Below are positions 1-10,559 of a DNA stretch of 37,953 nt, piece after piece; the first letter of the stretch is position 1, and each line of letters begins with the position of its first letter. The stretch comes from Trypethelium eluteriae (lineage: Eukaryota): assembly GCA_051942245.1 (NCBI GenBank), contig JAVECL010000191.1, forward strand, positions 1 to 37,953, read 5' to 3'. The notes beneath the pieces are model-generated. The model searched no databases, was not told the origin of the DNA, and saw only the letters and a list, made by a program, of their open reading frames with translations. A program made the translations under genes and the position numbers.

Positions 1-393
1 CCCCTGCACCCCGCCCACACCCAGCACCTCCTCCCCAACGACGCGAATCTCCAGCACCGCCTCGCGCTGCCGCAGACGCACTACCCGCCCCAGCACAACA
101 CTGTTCACCTCTGGCAGGGTCGTCGTGCTAGACTTGCCGAACACGGAGCCCGCATCTGAATCTGAGGGAGAGGGGCGCGCGATCGAGAGCCTAGGAAGGG
201 AGGCGGATTTTGCGGAAGGGGCTGAAGGGGTCGAAATAGGAGGTGGAGGAGGAGCGGCTGGTGCGGAAGAGCTTGAGACGGGGCCGAGGAGGGAGGCGTA
301 GAGGTGGGAGGCGTGCTGATGGGTTCCGGTTCCGGGGCGGAACTTGGAGGTGGGACCGAGGGAGTCGCCGGGGAGGACGAGGGCGGTTTGCAT
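1..393 (-). CDS. CSL4: Exosome cap subunit Csl4 (5' part; runs off the window start)
   Basis: Not in the ORF track. Manual translation from ATG 393 gives MQTALVLPGDSLGPTSKFRPGTGTHQHASHLYASLLGPV...TTLPEVNSVVLGRVVRLRQREAVLEIRVVG. This matches the Csl4 N-terminal pattern (PG..LG....PG.GTH......YAS..G) and the start of the S1 domain (LPEV.SVVL.RV). Confidence 0.88.
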   Translation of the reverse strand, partial: MQTALVLPGDSLGPTSKFRPGTGTHQHASHLYASLLGPVSSSSAPAAPPPPPISTPSAPSAKSASLPRLSIARPSPSDSDAGSVFGKSSTTTLPEVNSVVLGRVVRLRQREAVLEIRVVGEEVLGVGGVQG

Positions 394-1343
394 CGGTGGA
401 GTTGATAGGAGTTGTGGGATGGCGAAGGAGAGAGAAGGGAAGGTGGTGGCTCAGTTGGAAGGCTGTGAAGTTGCAGAGGGGTCCAAAGTATTGTAGGTTA
501 AAGTGATAGGATACTCCGTATGTAGTAGCATTACCGAGGAGACTCAGCGGACCGTGCTAAAATAATTGGAATTTTGACCCAGTTGACTTTGCAGATTGGT
601 ACATACGTCACTGAAAGTTTATTAAGCGAACTGCATGAGCGGCGAGAAGCTCAGGCGCTTTGACACAATAGGCGCGAGATGTTGGCGAATCACGGCACAT
701 AACCCAACGTGAACGCTTGACGCTCATGCAAGCTTCCAATGCAGAATTTTGATATCTGAAACAAGAATACGAGAGCATCGCTCAAGCGGAATGGCCGATT
801 GCATTGCCCCTAAGCCGGCAAAAAGCTCCGCACTGCAACCATGAAGATCATTACTTTTCTAGCAGACTCCAAGTCCCATACGGCCTACGCTATGGTTATG
901 GAGTGAAGTCTCAAGTTCGCTATCACGGTGTATTGAGCAGTGACATTATATACCTAGCTAGAAATACCAACCGCCACTTGGTTGGCTCACATGCACCTCT
1001 CCATGCTTCAGTGCTTAGCCATTACGAACAGTAAGGAAAAAAGGTGTATCGGCTTGTTCAAAGAAAAGGAAAACACAAGAAGGTTGTAAACCAGAGAGAA
1101 AAGCACAGATCCCGCTCCGTCAATGCATCGCTACCAGGGACAATGGAAATGTGTGCCGATCCAGTAAAACGCCTGCCGGCGGCCTCTCTCCTCTTCCAGA
1201 GAGAGAGAAGGGAGTGGCGGGCCAGACCGGTCAAATGGATATGGAAATCGAGAATAACTTCAGGTCCAAGGATGATGGCATTACGCTATCACCGTATGCA
1301 CTGCTTTATCGTTCCTCGCTCGGAAAACCCATGGACTCGCACC

Positions 1344-3370
1344 TCAGCCCTCAATCAAGGTCTTCGAATTCTTACCTAGGAGTTCAAGACATCGTCTTGC
1401 TAGAGCGACAACCTCCTGTTCGCCATCCTCTCCGTCTTCATCATCCGACTCGACTGTCTTTTCTGCAATGTTGCGGACCATCTGCACGATATCCTCGGCC
1501 TTGCTAATCAGGTCTAGCAGTCGGCTGTCTTCGGACTCGAGGAGTTGGAGGAGTGTCCAGATAGCAATGTGTTGGAAGGTCGGGTCGCCGCTGGAGAGGA
1601 AACGGTTGAGGTAGCCGCTGATGCCGCCATCAGGTTTGGTCCAGTTCTGGAGGAAGATTGAATAGTCGCCCACTGATACTGTTAGTTCGCGAAAGCAAGG
1701 CGTGGAGTCTGTGAGATAATATGGTCTACCTTTTGATGACAAATTGCCCAGGGCTGCGGCACTATTTCCTTGAACCTCAATGCTTTCTGATTCAGTCAGT
1801 GGGATGAGGACATCAAATACCCCGAGACTGAGGAGATGCGGTTTGAGGTCATCGCTGAGTGCCAACACTGCAATGGCAGCTGTCATCTCGGATTGAACGC
1901 TCAATGGGACATCGAGAACCAGTTGTTTGCATTTCTGCACGGCACCGGCTTCAAGCACCAACTGCTTATTCCGGTCTGAGCTTGCAGCCAAGTTTCGTAG
2001 AGTGGATATGGCGTGGCACTGGATCTCTTCATTATCGCCGGACCCAAGCAACTCAACCAGTGGTCGAAGGAAGCCAGCGTCTATTATAGGGGACTCGTTC
2101 ATGGGGTGGATGGAGATGTTTCGAATACATGCGACGGCAGAAAGGATAAGGGGAATATATGATGATTGTAGGAGTCGAAGTAACGGAAGCAAGCCGCGGG
2201 CCCTCACAATGTCCAGCTGGTACTTTTCATCCGAAGCTAGATTCCTAAGAGCTAGGGCTGCTTGACATTGGACTTTTGGAGATGATGACTCCATGAGGTG
2301 CACAAGAGATTGAACCAGTCGTGACTCGTTATTGGCCAGGCGTTTCCGGTTGGACATGTCGACTGCAATATTACTAAGAGCAGTCGTACAGTAGTACTGG
2401 ACATCGACGTCGGTAGAAGTGAGCAACTGGACAAGCACAGGGATCGCACCAGCATTGACAAGTTGTTGCCGGTTGTCATCTGAGTGTGTCATATTGAGGA
2501 GTGCGCCCGTAGCGTTCCTCTGAACACGCATGTCTTTTGATTTGGCAAGTCTCGTCAGCGGTCCAAGGGCACCTGAACGGGCGATCTTTGCTTTGTTCTC
2601 TTCATGCGTGGCGAGGTTGGTGATACATCCCACGGCGTTGCATTGAACCTCGACATTTGGAGAATTCATTTGGCGAATCAGCGGATTCAACCCACCGAGT
2701 TCGACAATGAGCACTTTGTTTTCCGCTAGCAGCCGTTAGCAAGCAGCTCATAGTATTCTGGAGGAACGCATACTGTTCACGGCAAGATTGCCCAGGGCGG
2801 CACTCGCAGCCCGTTGAACTTCGATATCTTCACTTTGCAGGAGACTGAGAATGGGCTCGAGAGTATTTTTGTCAACTTCCCGCACATCTGGAAACGTAGT
2901 CAGAATAGTCGGACTAAGATTATATCCACGGAGACAACTTACCTCGCTCTGTAATTTCTGCGAATGTCAAACTAGCACTCCGCTGCAAATCGATGTTTTG
3001 AGAATATACAAGGGTACTCAACGCGTTGAGTGGGTCGCCAGAGAAGAAGTCGGTTTCGGCTCTCTGTTTTCGTTGATAAGTATTATGGCGTCAAGTCCGC
3101 GCAGATATCCAGAACATACGTTTTCTAAGTAACCAAGGAGATCTGCAACTGCCTCTCTTTCACTATCCGCCAGAACGGTGTCATAATCAACCTTCGACCT
3201 CCCTGTATGTTGTTGAAGGTTAGCCATCAGAGCAGACTCGGAGAAGTGATGGGAAGAGTGCCATAGAGTCTTGCAGGATTGTGTACGAGGGCGAGGTAGT
3301 GAAGAAGCATGCGTGTATTCATTAACATACCTCCACAGCAAGCGGATATTTTCGAGCAAGTCTGCCCCAT
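1344..3370 (-). CDS. VAC8: Vacuolar armadillo-repeat protein Vac8
   Basis: Predicted exons 3370-3331, 3202-3120, 3063-2943, 2887-2774, 2725-1730, 1672-1344, all with GT-AG introns. The N-terminus [13 protein letters not shown] fits Gly2 myristoylation plus Cys palmitoylation. ARM repeats follow ([57 protein letters not shown]). Confidence 0.97.
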
Positions 3371-4982
3371 TTGATCCAACCCAGCCTAAACTTTGGTCTC
3401 CTCTATAATGTCCAAGACGGCCAGCGGCCCGTGAAAGGTCGCCAAGAGGCGCCTTCGACCTGAGCAGAGGTAGTTTCACCCTTCAGGCGCCTTTTGTTGA
3501 AATCGTTTCCCAAACTGTGCTCGGAGAAGGATGAAAGTGGGGCGAGGAAGAGCTCTGTATTCGCGTAGGACGCCTTTGTGGCATGAGTGATGAAGAAAAG
3601 TAGTGATGGGCACCCCTGTCATCAACATAAGTACACGTCCTTCACATAACGTTATTCATGGCCGATAGTAGTGAATATCAAGGCTGTGGAGGCTTCACAC
3701 TGAGGCGTGGTAGTCGTTCCTAGTCCCATAGAGGATGGCAAAAAGAAAGTGACATACCAAGAGGTCCTCAAATCTGTACGTGTAGAGCTGAACGGGTCGG
3801 AGATGTTGCTACGCCGCAATGATGCTGCATGAAGCTGCCGCGTCGTAAGGACCGCCCATACGTTTCAGAATTTCGAGATAGGTAGGGTCTATGGGCTAGG
3901 CCAGCAAAGGAGAATCGGAGAAAAGGCGCTGCTCGTCAAATGGAAGTAGGGCAACTCGATACAGACTGTTCCAGGAAGGAGGTCGAACACGCGGACGAGG
4001 GGTAGAGTGTGGAGACTCGTCGGAGAAAGCAGGATCACAGAAGAGGCCGGCACATTTGTCTCTAACAGAACGGATGCAGCTCAGCATACAAGAACGATCA
4101 TGTCGCTAGTGTGTTGGGACCAAATGCGCGGAGCATGTGTTCTCATCGCTACGGTAAGGTAGAGTTACAAGCTCGCTCGGCAACGCCCGAGCAATCCTAC
4201 CGACGTCACACCCCAGAACCGACTGGTAGACCTAAGCACCTAATAATAATATGGCGGACACAGAAAGGGACCCTGATCTGGGCCGAATCAATTTGGCTAA
4301 TTGAGTTTGTCTGGTCTGAAACAATGGATAGCTCGACCTCCGTCCTTGGAGTCTTGCCCCAACCCTGGAGGTCTGGCCGCATTTGTGCAATCCACCATGT
4401 TGGAAGCGCGGTCGTGTGTTCGAAGGCTCATGACCTGCGGCATGGGTCGCGTATGCAGTCCCGTCAGGCTAGGCCTACACTCCCCCTCGCTTCATCGTGC
4501 GTCGGCCAATGAGAGCCACATGAGAGCCTCTCACAATAGATCGTGGGGGTCTGGTGTGCGTCAAAGTCTTTGGACCCTTGATCGAGACAAGAGCTGGATA
4601 AGGGTGGTGATTCATAATCCCCGTTGGAGGGAAGGCCTACGGACTTGGGTGAAAGTCAATACAAGTTGATACTTTAACTTTCAATATCTCATTACCTAGC
4701 TACATGATATAAGAAAGGTTCGAGTCGCAGTGTGTGGGTATGTAGAAACAAAAGTAAGGCCAGTCGTACCAGATTGGCAGTCTCATCAGTATTCGAGGGT
4801 ATCATCTTGGTGTTCGTCGAAGCCGCCAGTTGCGCCATATGGAGGCCCTCTCCATAAACGCCAAATCAGGAAAATTGAAGCCCCTCAATGCAGCTACAAA
4901 AATAGCCAACCACCAGGTGTATATCAAGCGTCTTATGCAGCCATCTCTCGACAGATTATCCCATCCTTGCGTCTTCCTTAGA

Positions 4983-6272
4983 TTATGCAGTAGGATCAAC
5001 CATCTCATCATCTATCACCTCCCCACTTCCGTCCATTTTCAACATTTGCTCCCGAGCATGCACGGCGACAATGGCGATGGCCAGGCTGTTCCAGACGTCA
5101 TAGTCCAGCTCTTTGAAGTTGAAAGTTGCAATGGTACGTAAATCTCCGGAGTCGTTGCCAGTGGCGGAGTTTGGATCGTATCCGATGAATGCCATCACGG
5201 AATGAATGAGGAGAATTCCGTAAAGTGCTGGGAGATCGGCGTCATGGTCGATCAATTTTTTGTGCTTCTCCGCAAGCTCGTCCAGTCTTTTCCGCATTCG
5301 ATCTTGCAAAGCTCTAGCGGGCTCTTTTCCGACTCTAGCTTCAACGACGACAAATTCTTCCACGCCCTTCTTTCTGTCCAATCCAGCATCAGCTAATGAC
5401 CACTTCATATACCTCAGGATTTCCTTTTTGGCCATGAGCTCGGGGTTCTTTCCGCCGGCCGTCAGCTTATCTCTTATCCGAGCTCCAAGCCCAATCAAGC
5501 TGTGAAGCGCCTTCTGAGCCCTGAATTCGCAGCTTCCCAAGCTGAGCCTTCCCGAGCCACCAAGAGAACGTAAGTAGGCATCCTCCTCCTTCTCAGCAAA
5601 TAAAGTATCAGGAAGCGTGTTGAAGTCCAATTCCCAGCTTGCAGGCAGAAGAGGTTCATGGCCGCGCATATCAAGATGGAGGTACACGTCGATCTCGGGT
5701 TGGGTCCAGCCCTTGGCATTGAGGTGATCGCTTGTCAAAGCCCTCCTTTTCATGAGGCGGAGTTGTTCTTCTGCTTGATTGGCATTTAGAGCTGCAAGGT
5801 CGTCGTACCTTGAGGGAGATTGTCGAAGAGTCTCATCATTGGCATTGTCCTCCACCATGGTTGCATCAAAGGAGGAGCGCTGGCTAACTGCAGTCTCCTG
5901 GTTGTCGATGTCCTTTCCCAGCTTATAGTGGCCGGACGTTTTGAGGTTGTAGCTAGCGGCATCTTCACCAAGGTCTAGGAGAGTAGTCCCATCTAGCTCG
6001 ACATCAGGCGAAGTCGCAGAGTCTCTAGCTTCGCTCACGCAGACAGATGGGCTGGGAGTCGGGAATGCGCTTGATGGCCTAGGACTAAAGCTTGGAGTGC
6101 GATCGCGCCACCCACTGACACGATCTACAGAACTCGATGGACGCCGTAGGCGAGATCCGCCAGCCGGTCGCGTGGTCTTGGCTTTGAAAGGTTTGTCACG
6201 CCTTTCCTGGGTCCTGCGTGGGGAGACATAGCTCCAGAGGTTGTTGGTGATATTACTGAAGAAACCCGGCAT
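4983..6272 (-). CDS. Hypothetical protein, 429 aa: disordered Ser/Arg-rich N-half, globular C-half
   Basis: Long intronless ORF with protein-like composition. The C-half has motif-like segments (LDMRGHEPLLPASWELDFNTLPDTLF; YDVWNSLAIAIVAVHAR) of a kind I associate with conserved Pezizomycotina hypotheticals. No function recognised. Confidence 0.8.
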   Translation of the reverse strand: MPGFFSNITNNLWSYVSPRRTQERRDKPFKAKTTRPAGGSRLRRPSSSVDRVSGWRDRTPSFSPRPSSAFPTPSPSVCVSEARDSATSPDVELDGTTLLDLGEDAASYNLKTSGHYKLGKDIDNQETAVSQRSSFDATMVEDNANDETLRQSPSRYDDLAALNANQAEEQLRLMKRRALTSDHLNAKGWTQPEIDVYLHLDMRGHEPLLPASWELDFNTLPDTLFAEKEEDAYLRSLGGSGRLSLGSCEFRAQKALHSLIGLGARIRDKLTAGGKNPELMAKKEILRYMKWSLADAGLDRKKGVEEFVVVEARVGKEPARALQDRMRKRLDELAEKHKKLIDHDADLPALYGILLIHSVMAFIGYDPNSATGNDSGDLRTIATFNFKELDYDVWNSLAIAIVAVHAREQMLKMDGSGEVIDDEMVDPTA

Positions 6273-6848
6273 CTTCAGTAGCTCTGCTCAATTTTAGATG
6301 GATTGTCAATGGTAATTCGAAGAGATTTGAGTTGTAAACGCGTTGTCGAGCTCTCAGGGAAAGAGATGGTGTCGGCGCTTGTCAGGATTGATGTGTAGAG
6401 AGGCTGGAGCCGCCAGTCATGGAAAGGGAGCGAAGCAATCAGTCAAGATTGTAGATACAGGACAGAGAGAGAGAAAAAGAGGAAGACCTAAGGGCAAGCA
6501 TGATCAAGAAGAGAGAGAGGCAGAGCGCAATCAGCTCGCCCACAATGGACGGGTTATTATGCGGGCCTCGCGCTATTGTCTTTGGGTGACAATAACGCCG
6601 GAAACATCTAGGTATGAGGTTCGCGCAATTGCTCCCAGCCACCTGTGCCACCTCATCCCTATGGCCCGTGCGTTCAGCGCCTAACGGTGCTGCGGGCCGC
6701 TGCAAGCTTACTAAGCTGTCGCACCATTCATCTTCCCTAAGGTACTCCGTGGACAAGCTGACATTATTGACTCACCTCCATCAGTTCGAGGAGAACGAGA
6801 CTCCTGCCCAGTGCTACTAGGCCAGTGGTCACCTCACTTTAGCAGAGA

Positions 6849-7754
6849 ATGTCGTTCAATTGTGAAAGTTCCCGCTGGCGTGCCCTCACCCTTCGGGATC
6901 CTTCAGCTAATGGCCATTTCGTTTATTGCGTTAAATCGACTGGGATCTACTGCCGGCCAAATTGTAGCGCGCGTCTCGCAAGACGAGCCAATATCGCTTT
7001 CCATGATTCGCCTATCCTAGCTGAAGCTGCCGGATTCAGACCTTGTAAGAGGTGTCGACCCACGCTGGAGCAGGAGATCGACCCTGCTGCTACTGCAGTG
7101 GAAAAGGCGCGTACAATTTTGGTCAGAGAGGCCGGACGCAGAGATGTATCAGCCTCTCAGCCTGGAGATGGGGCTATTCTAAAGCTTCAAGATTTGGCGA
7201 GCAAGGTTGGATTGACGACTGGCTATTTTCACAAAATTTTCAAGCAAAAGACGGGGATGACGCCAAAGCGATACTTGGATGCTCTGATAGCCTCTAGAAA
7301 TAAAAGCGTAACAGGCACTCATCTTGACGACGCAGATAAAGCGACTGATAATGGAGAAAAACATCAAGAGGTGGTAATAAATGGGGACTTGAGCTTGGAT
7401 GATGATCCATTCTCCTTAATTTTTGATCTACCTGATCAAGATAATCTCACTGGCTCCATCGATCAGTCACCAGTACTCCTTCCCATGGCTATGGAAAGTG
7501 ATTCTATGCTCCAGAGTGACGAAGCATATTCATCACGGGAGCCTGCTACATTTCCCCAGAAACCTACCGATAACCTCGATTGCTGGCCTACCACGGAAAA
7601 CATATTAGTCCCAGAAGAGTGGCTGCAAACGTTGACCGCACCGATTTGTACGCCTCCTAGTATGGGTGGTATGCAATCGGGACTTCTTACTCTTGGCGAA
7701 GAACTGTTGATTGACTATGACTCTCTTTGGAATGATAATGCGGATATGGTCTGA
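6849..7754 (+). CDS. Ada-like methylphosphotriester-DNA methyltransferase / transcriptional regulator (Ada Zn-binding domain + AraC-type HTH + acidic tail)
   Basis: VKSTGIYCRPNC...AEAAGFRPCKRC carries the four Zn-ligand Cys of the Ada N-domain. LQDLASKVGLTTGYFHKIFKQKTGMTPKRY is an AraC-type HTH. Confidence 0.92.
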   Translation: MSFNCESSRWRALTLRDPSANGHFVYCVKSTGIYCRPNCSARLARRANIAFHDSPILAEAAGFRPCKRCRPTLEQEIDPAATAVEKARTILVREAGRRDVSASQPGDGAILKLQDLASKVGLTTGYFHKIFKQKTGMTPKRYLDALIASRNKSVTGTHLDDADKATDNGEKHQEVVINGDLSLDDDPFSLIFDLPDQDNLTGSIDQSPVLLPMAMESDSMLQSDEAYSSREPATFPQKPTDNLDCWPTTENILVPEEWLQTLTAPICTPPSMGGMQSGLLTLGEELLIDYDSLWNDNADMV

Positions 7755-8808
7755 AGTCGTTTGCGACAGTCATAAATGAGCTTGCGCAGCTGTGAAGCGA
7801 CCAAATGGCGCCAGCTCGTCCAAATCACCACCTGAGCAGCCAGTCATGCTTTATCTTCCACCGCACCATTGACAAGTAGCTGGCTTACGCATGCTTCTAC
7901 ACCTGATGACGTGCCGCTCTCTTCGGCTTCTCACGATCCTCGCCCTCAAAATTCAGTCGACACACTCATGCAGACCAAAGCACCAATTTCGGCCTCGGTA
8001 AATTGCGTCGGCAACAGTGTTCCGCTCTCGTTCTCGAGTGGCTGGACTGGAATGGGAGTCCGGCGCACCATTATTCCACTTCATCGCTTTCAGCACTACT
8101 TGAGGGACTGGACATGAAGAGTGTGCTCTTCCAGTAGTTCTCAAGAGACAAGAGGTCCTACGACCGCCCAAATTGCCGCTTCAAATTCGATAGAGTGAGT
8201 AACTCGTCAAATAAATATCAAACGTGTATAACACTTCGGTCGGCTAGAGCAACATGTATAGAATCTCGTATCATTTCGTAGTCTGAAGAAAGGAATTTCC
8301 TCTCTGCTTTGATTGTTGGAATGTCTTTAGCAACGGCCTTGATTTTTACTCCACTGCAAGGAATACAGTGCCAGCGTTGTAGCCGCGCGGCTTATGCAGA
8401 CTGAGACTAAAGGAACATCTCATCTTAGCTAAGAACTAGCCTCTTACGCTACACTACTACGGATTGAGCTCTTGCATCATCAGGCCTTTTGCGTCAGTGT
8501 CTGCCGTCCACCTGGCTCTCTCTGGGTATTACAGACTGCATCGCTGTGCTTAGTTGGGGATCCTGGCAGAGGACGAAAAGCCGCGTTCTCTTGTCGCAGA
8601 ACTACTCTCGATTCTTTGTTTTGGTGCAGTTCTTTTCGACAGCATGTTCGCCCCATCGACCAAGAGGAATTTTGGCTCTCCGCGCGAGCATCGCGTGAGC
8701 AACTTGTCCCTGGTACCTGCCTACCTTATCGCCGCCTAGCGTTGCTGTCCTCACTTTGCGACATAGCGACGTAACTTCTATGGCCGAAGGCTACGCTGGC
8801 CTACACCT

Positions 8809-8910
8809 GAGCAACCGAGATCTGAAGAATGAAGAGCAACCAAGATCTGAAGACAACCAAGACCGGAAGAATGTAGCAACCAAGATCTGAGGAACGGAGC
8901 AACAAGAATG
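8809..8910. repeat. Degenerate tandem repeat, about 4.5 copies of a 20-25 bp unit (AGCAACCAAGATCTGAAGAATG)
   Basis: Units read directly: GAGCAACCGAGATCTGAAGAATGAA, GAGCAACCAAGATCTGAAGA, CAACCAAGACCGGAAGAATG, TAGCAACCAAGATCTGAGGAACG, GAGCAACAAGAATG. Confidence 0.8.
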
Positions 8911-9392
8911 GTGGCGTTAGCTAAGGATCCCTTACCGTCGTCCTCCTCGGCTAAAACAGTGAAACATGGAGGTTAGACCTCTTGAGGTAACCTGAGTGAT
9001 GGACTAAGCGTTACTCAATAACTGTTGGGGCTCAACAGAAGCAACAAAGTGAGTGTTGTTCATTGTCATGGCCAAGGTAGGAGGTCACAAATGGTTCGTG
9101 CGTCACACCTCGTGCCTTACCTCAACGATAACTCTCATGTACCACTCTTTATAAGCGGTGGGGATTATAAAAGCGAGAGGCTTCTGCGTGAATCTTGTCC
9201 TTTATTTGACAGTCAAAGTCAAACTCGCGGTAAAGCTCTTTGTTACTAAATCGCACAAAGCACATTTCATCTATACGCTAAGCAATCAACGACAGGTGTG
9301 CTAGGCACCGCTACAACACAAACTGCTCGATTGAAGCATTTGGCAGTAGCAGTGAACAGATCTTCCGCTACAAATACCATCTCTAGCTAATC

Positions 9393-10559
9393 ATGCCTCC
9401 GCCTTCCAACCAATCTATCTCCGCAGATCAGGACTGTGACCCAGTTTACCAACTTTTCCCATATATACCATCATCGCCCTCTGAACTCCCGTCAATGGCC
9501 GTGTCTTCTCTCTTTGGTGGCCCTTGCGTCCATGGGGATGGAAATAGTCAGTTTTGATCACGTTGTCATCTAATCTACGACGACGGACAGCTTGAGACTT
9601 ATCAAGACCCATCGGAGCTGGATGTGATCAGAGATGTTGGAGAGTCACTTCAACAGGTAAGCTCTGTCATGTAAATCAAATCCCTCCGGCTAGCTAACAA
9701 CCCCTTCCCAGGCAATAGCTCGTCTCAACCCTTATAGCCTATCAGCGTGTAGGCTTAAAGTGACCAGTTCCAACCAAGGGACCGAGCTTTCTGGTGTCTG
9801 GATTAAAGGCTTGACTCGCGATGTTATTCTAACAGTCTCGCATTTCAAAAAGGATACTACAAAACCTACCAGCGCTTCAAACACAACTGCGGAAGCTTTT
9901 ACAACCATGTTTGGAAGCACATTCAGTGCTGTACCTATAAGGTGCGAATTGTTCCACGATTTTGATAATCCTGGTGGACCAAGGGATTTTGCAATTTTTA
10001 CGTCGTGCAGCGGTGAAAACAGCCGGAGCCCCGCACATTCTATCCCAACAACAGAAATCATACCTGAAGCAGGATCCCTTTCTGGTATAGCTATTTCATT
10101 TGGCTATAATACGATACTCCCTGAAGGGAAGGAAAAGCACCCGGACCCCAACATCCACAATTGCAACTGTACCAAATGCTGGTATGGAAGTAGCAATTCA
10201 GTCTTGCAAAGATTGAACGCCAATCTGTCCCCCCCGGATCCCCGTCTTCTACTTGCACCAGGCCTTCGATCAATAAGTGTCGGTCAATGGATACCAGCAC
10301 AGGATCAGCAACCCTGCCATACTGCAACTGGCTGGTACGGGACGTCTGGCTCAGGAATGTATACAAGAGATGGCGAGGGAACGATCCGTCTTGTTGCTCT
10401 CTGTAAGTTGTCCATACTAAGTACATCAGTTGGTATTTAACAATTTCCACAGTCCAGCTTGAGATCTTCAAAGGCCCAGATTCTGAGATGAACCAAGCTG
10501 TTGTCATACCAAGTGACGTTTGTAAACGCCTTGATGAAGCAGGTGTCATGAAGCCCTAG
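9393..10559 (+). CDS. Divergent trypsin-like (clan PA) serine peptidase with no obvious signal peptide
   Basis: Confident exons are 9591-9656, 9712-10402 and 10453-10559 (GTAAG donors, CAG acceptors, frames consistent). The first exon is uncertain: ATG 9393 with a weak donor at 9501, or ATG 9532/9538 with a GTCAGT donor at 9547. Triad motifs appear in the right order: ILTVSHF (His), RDFAIF (Asp), TGWYGTSGSGMY (Ser), then RLVAL...NQAVVIP. Confidence 0.72.

Noticed and set aside
243..506. Arg/Gly-rich 87-aa plus-strand ORF
   Set aside because: Antisense shadow of the GC-rich CSL4 5' region.
3018..3479. 153-aa minus ORF overlapping the VAC8 start
   Set aside because: Composite of leader, introns and VAC8 exon 2. 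The real start is ATG 3370, giving the lipidation motif.
4717..4727. GGTTCGAGTC B-box / T-loop-like motif suggesting a tRNA
   Set aside because: No A-box or cloverleaf stems around it.
8400..8780. Several short overlapping ORFs in the gap after the Ada-like gene
   Set aside because: No recognisable motifs or consistent splice structure. A decayed gene cannot be excluded.
8809..8910. Repeat array considered as CRISPR-like
   Set aside because: Eukaryotic context, units adjacent without unique 25-40 bp spacers, and no cas genes.
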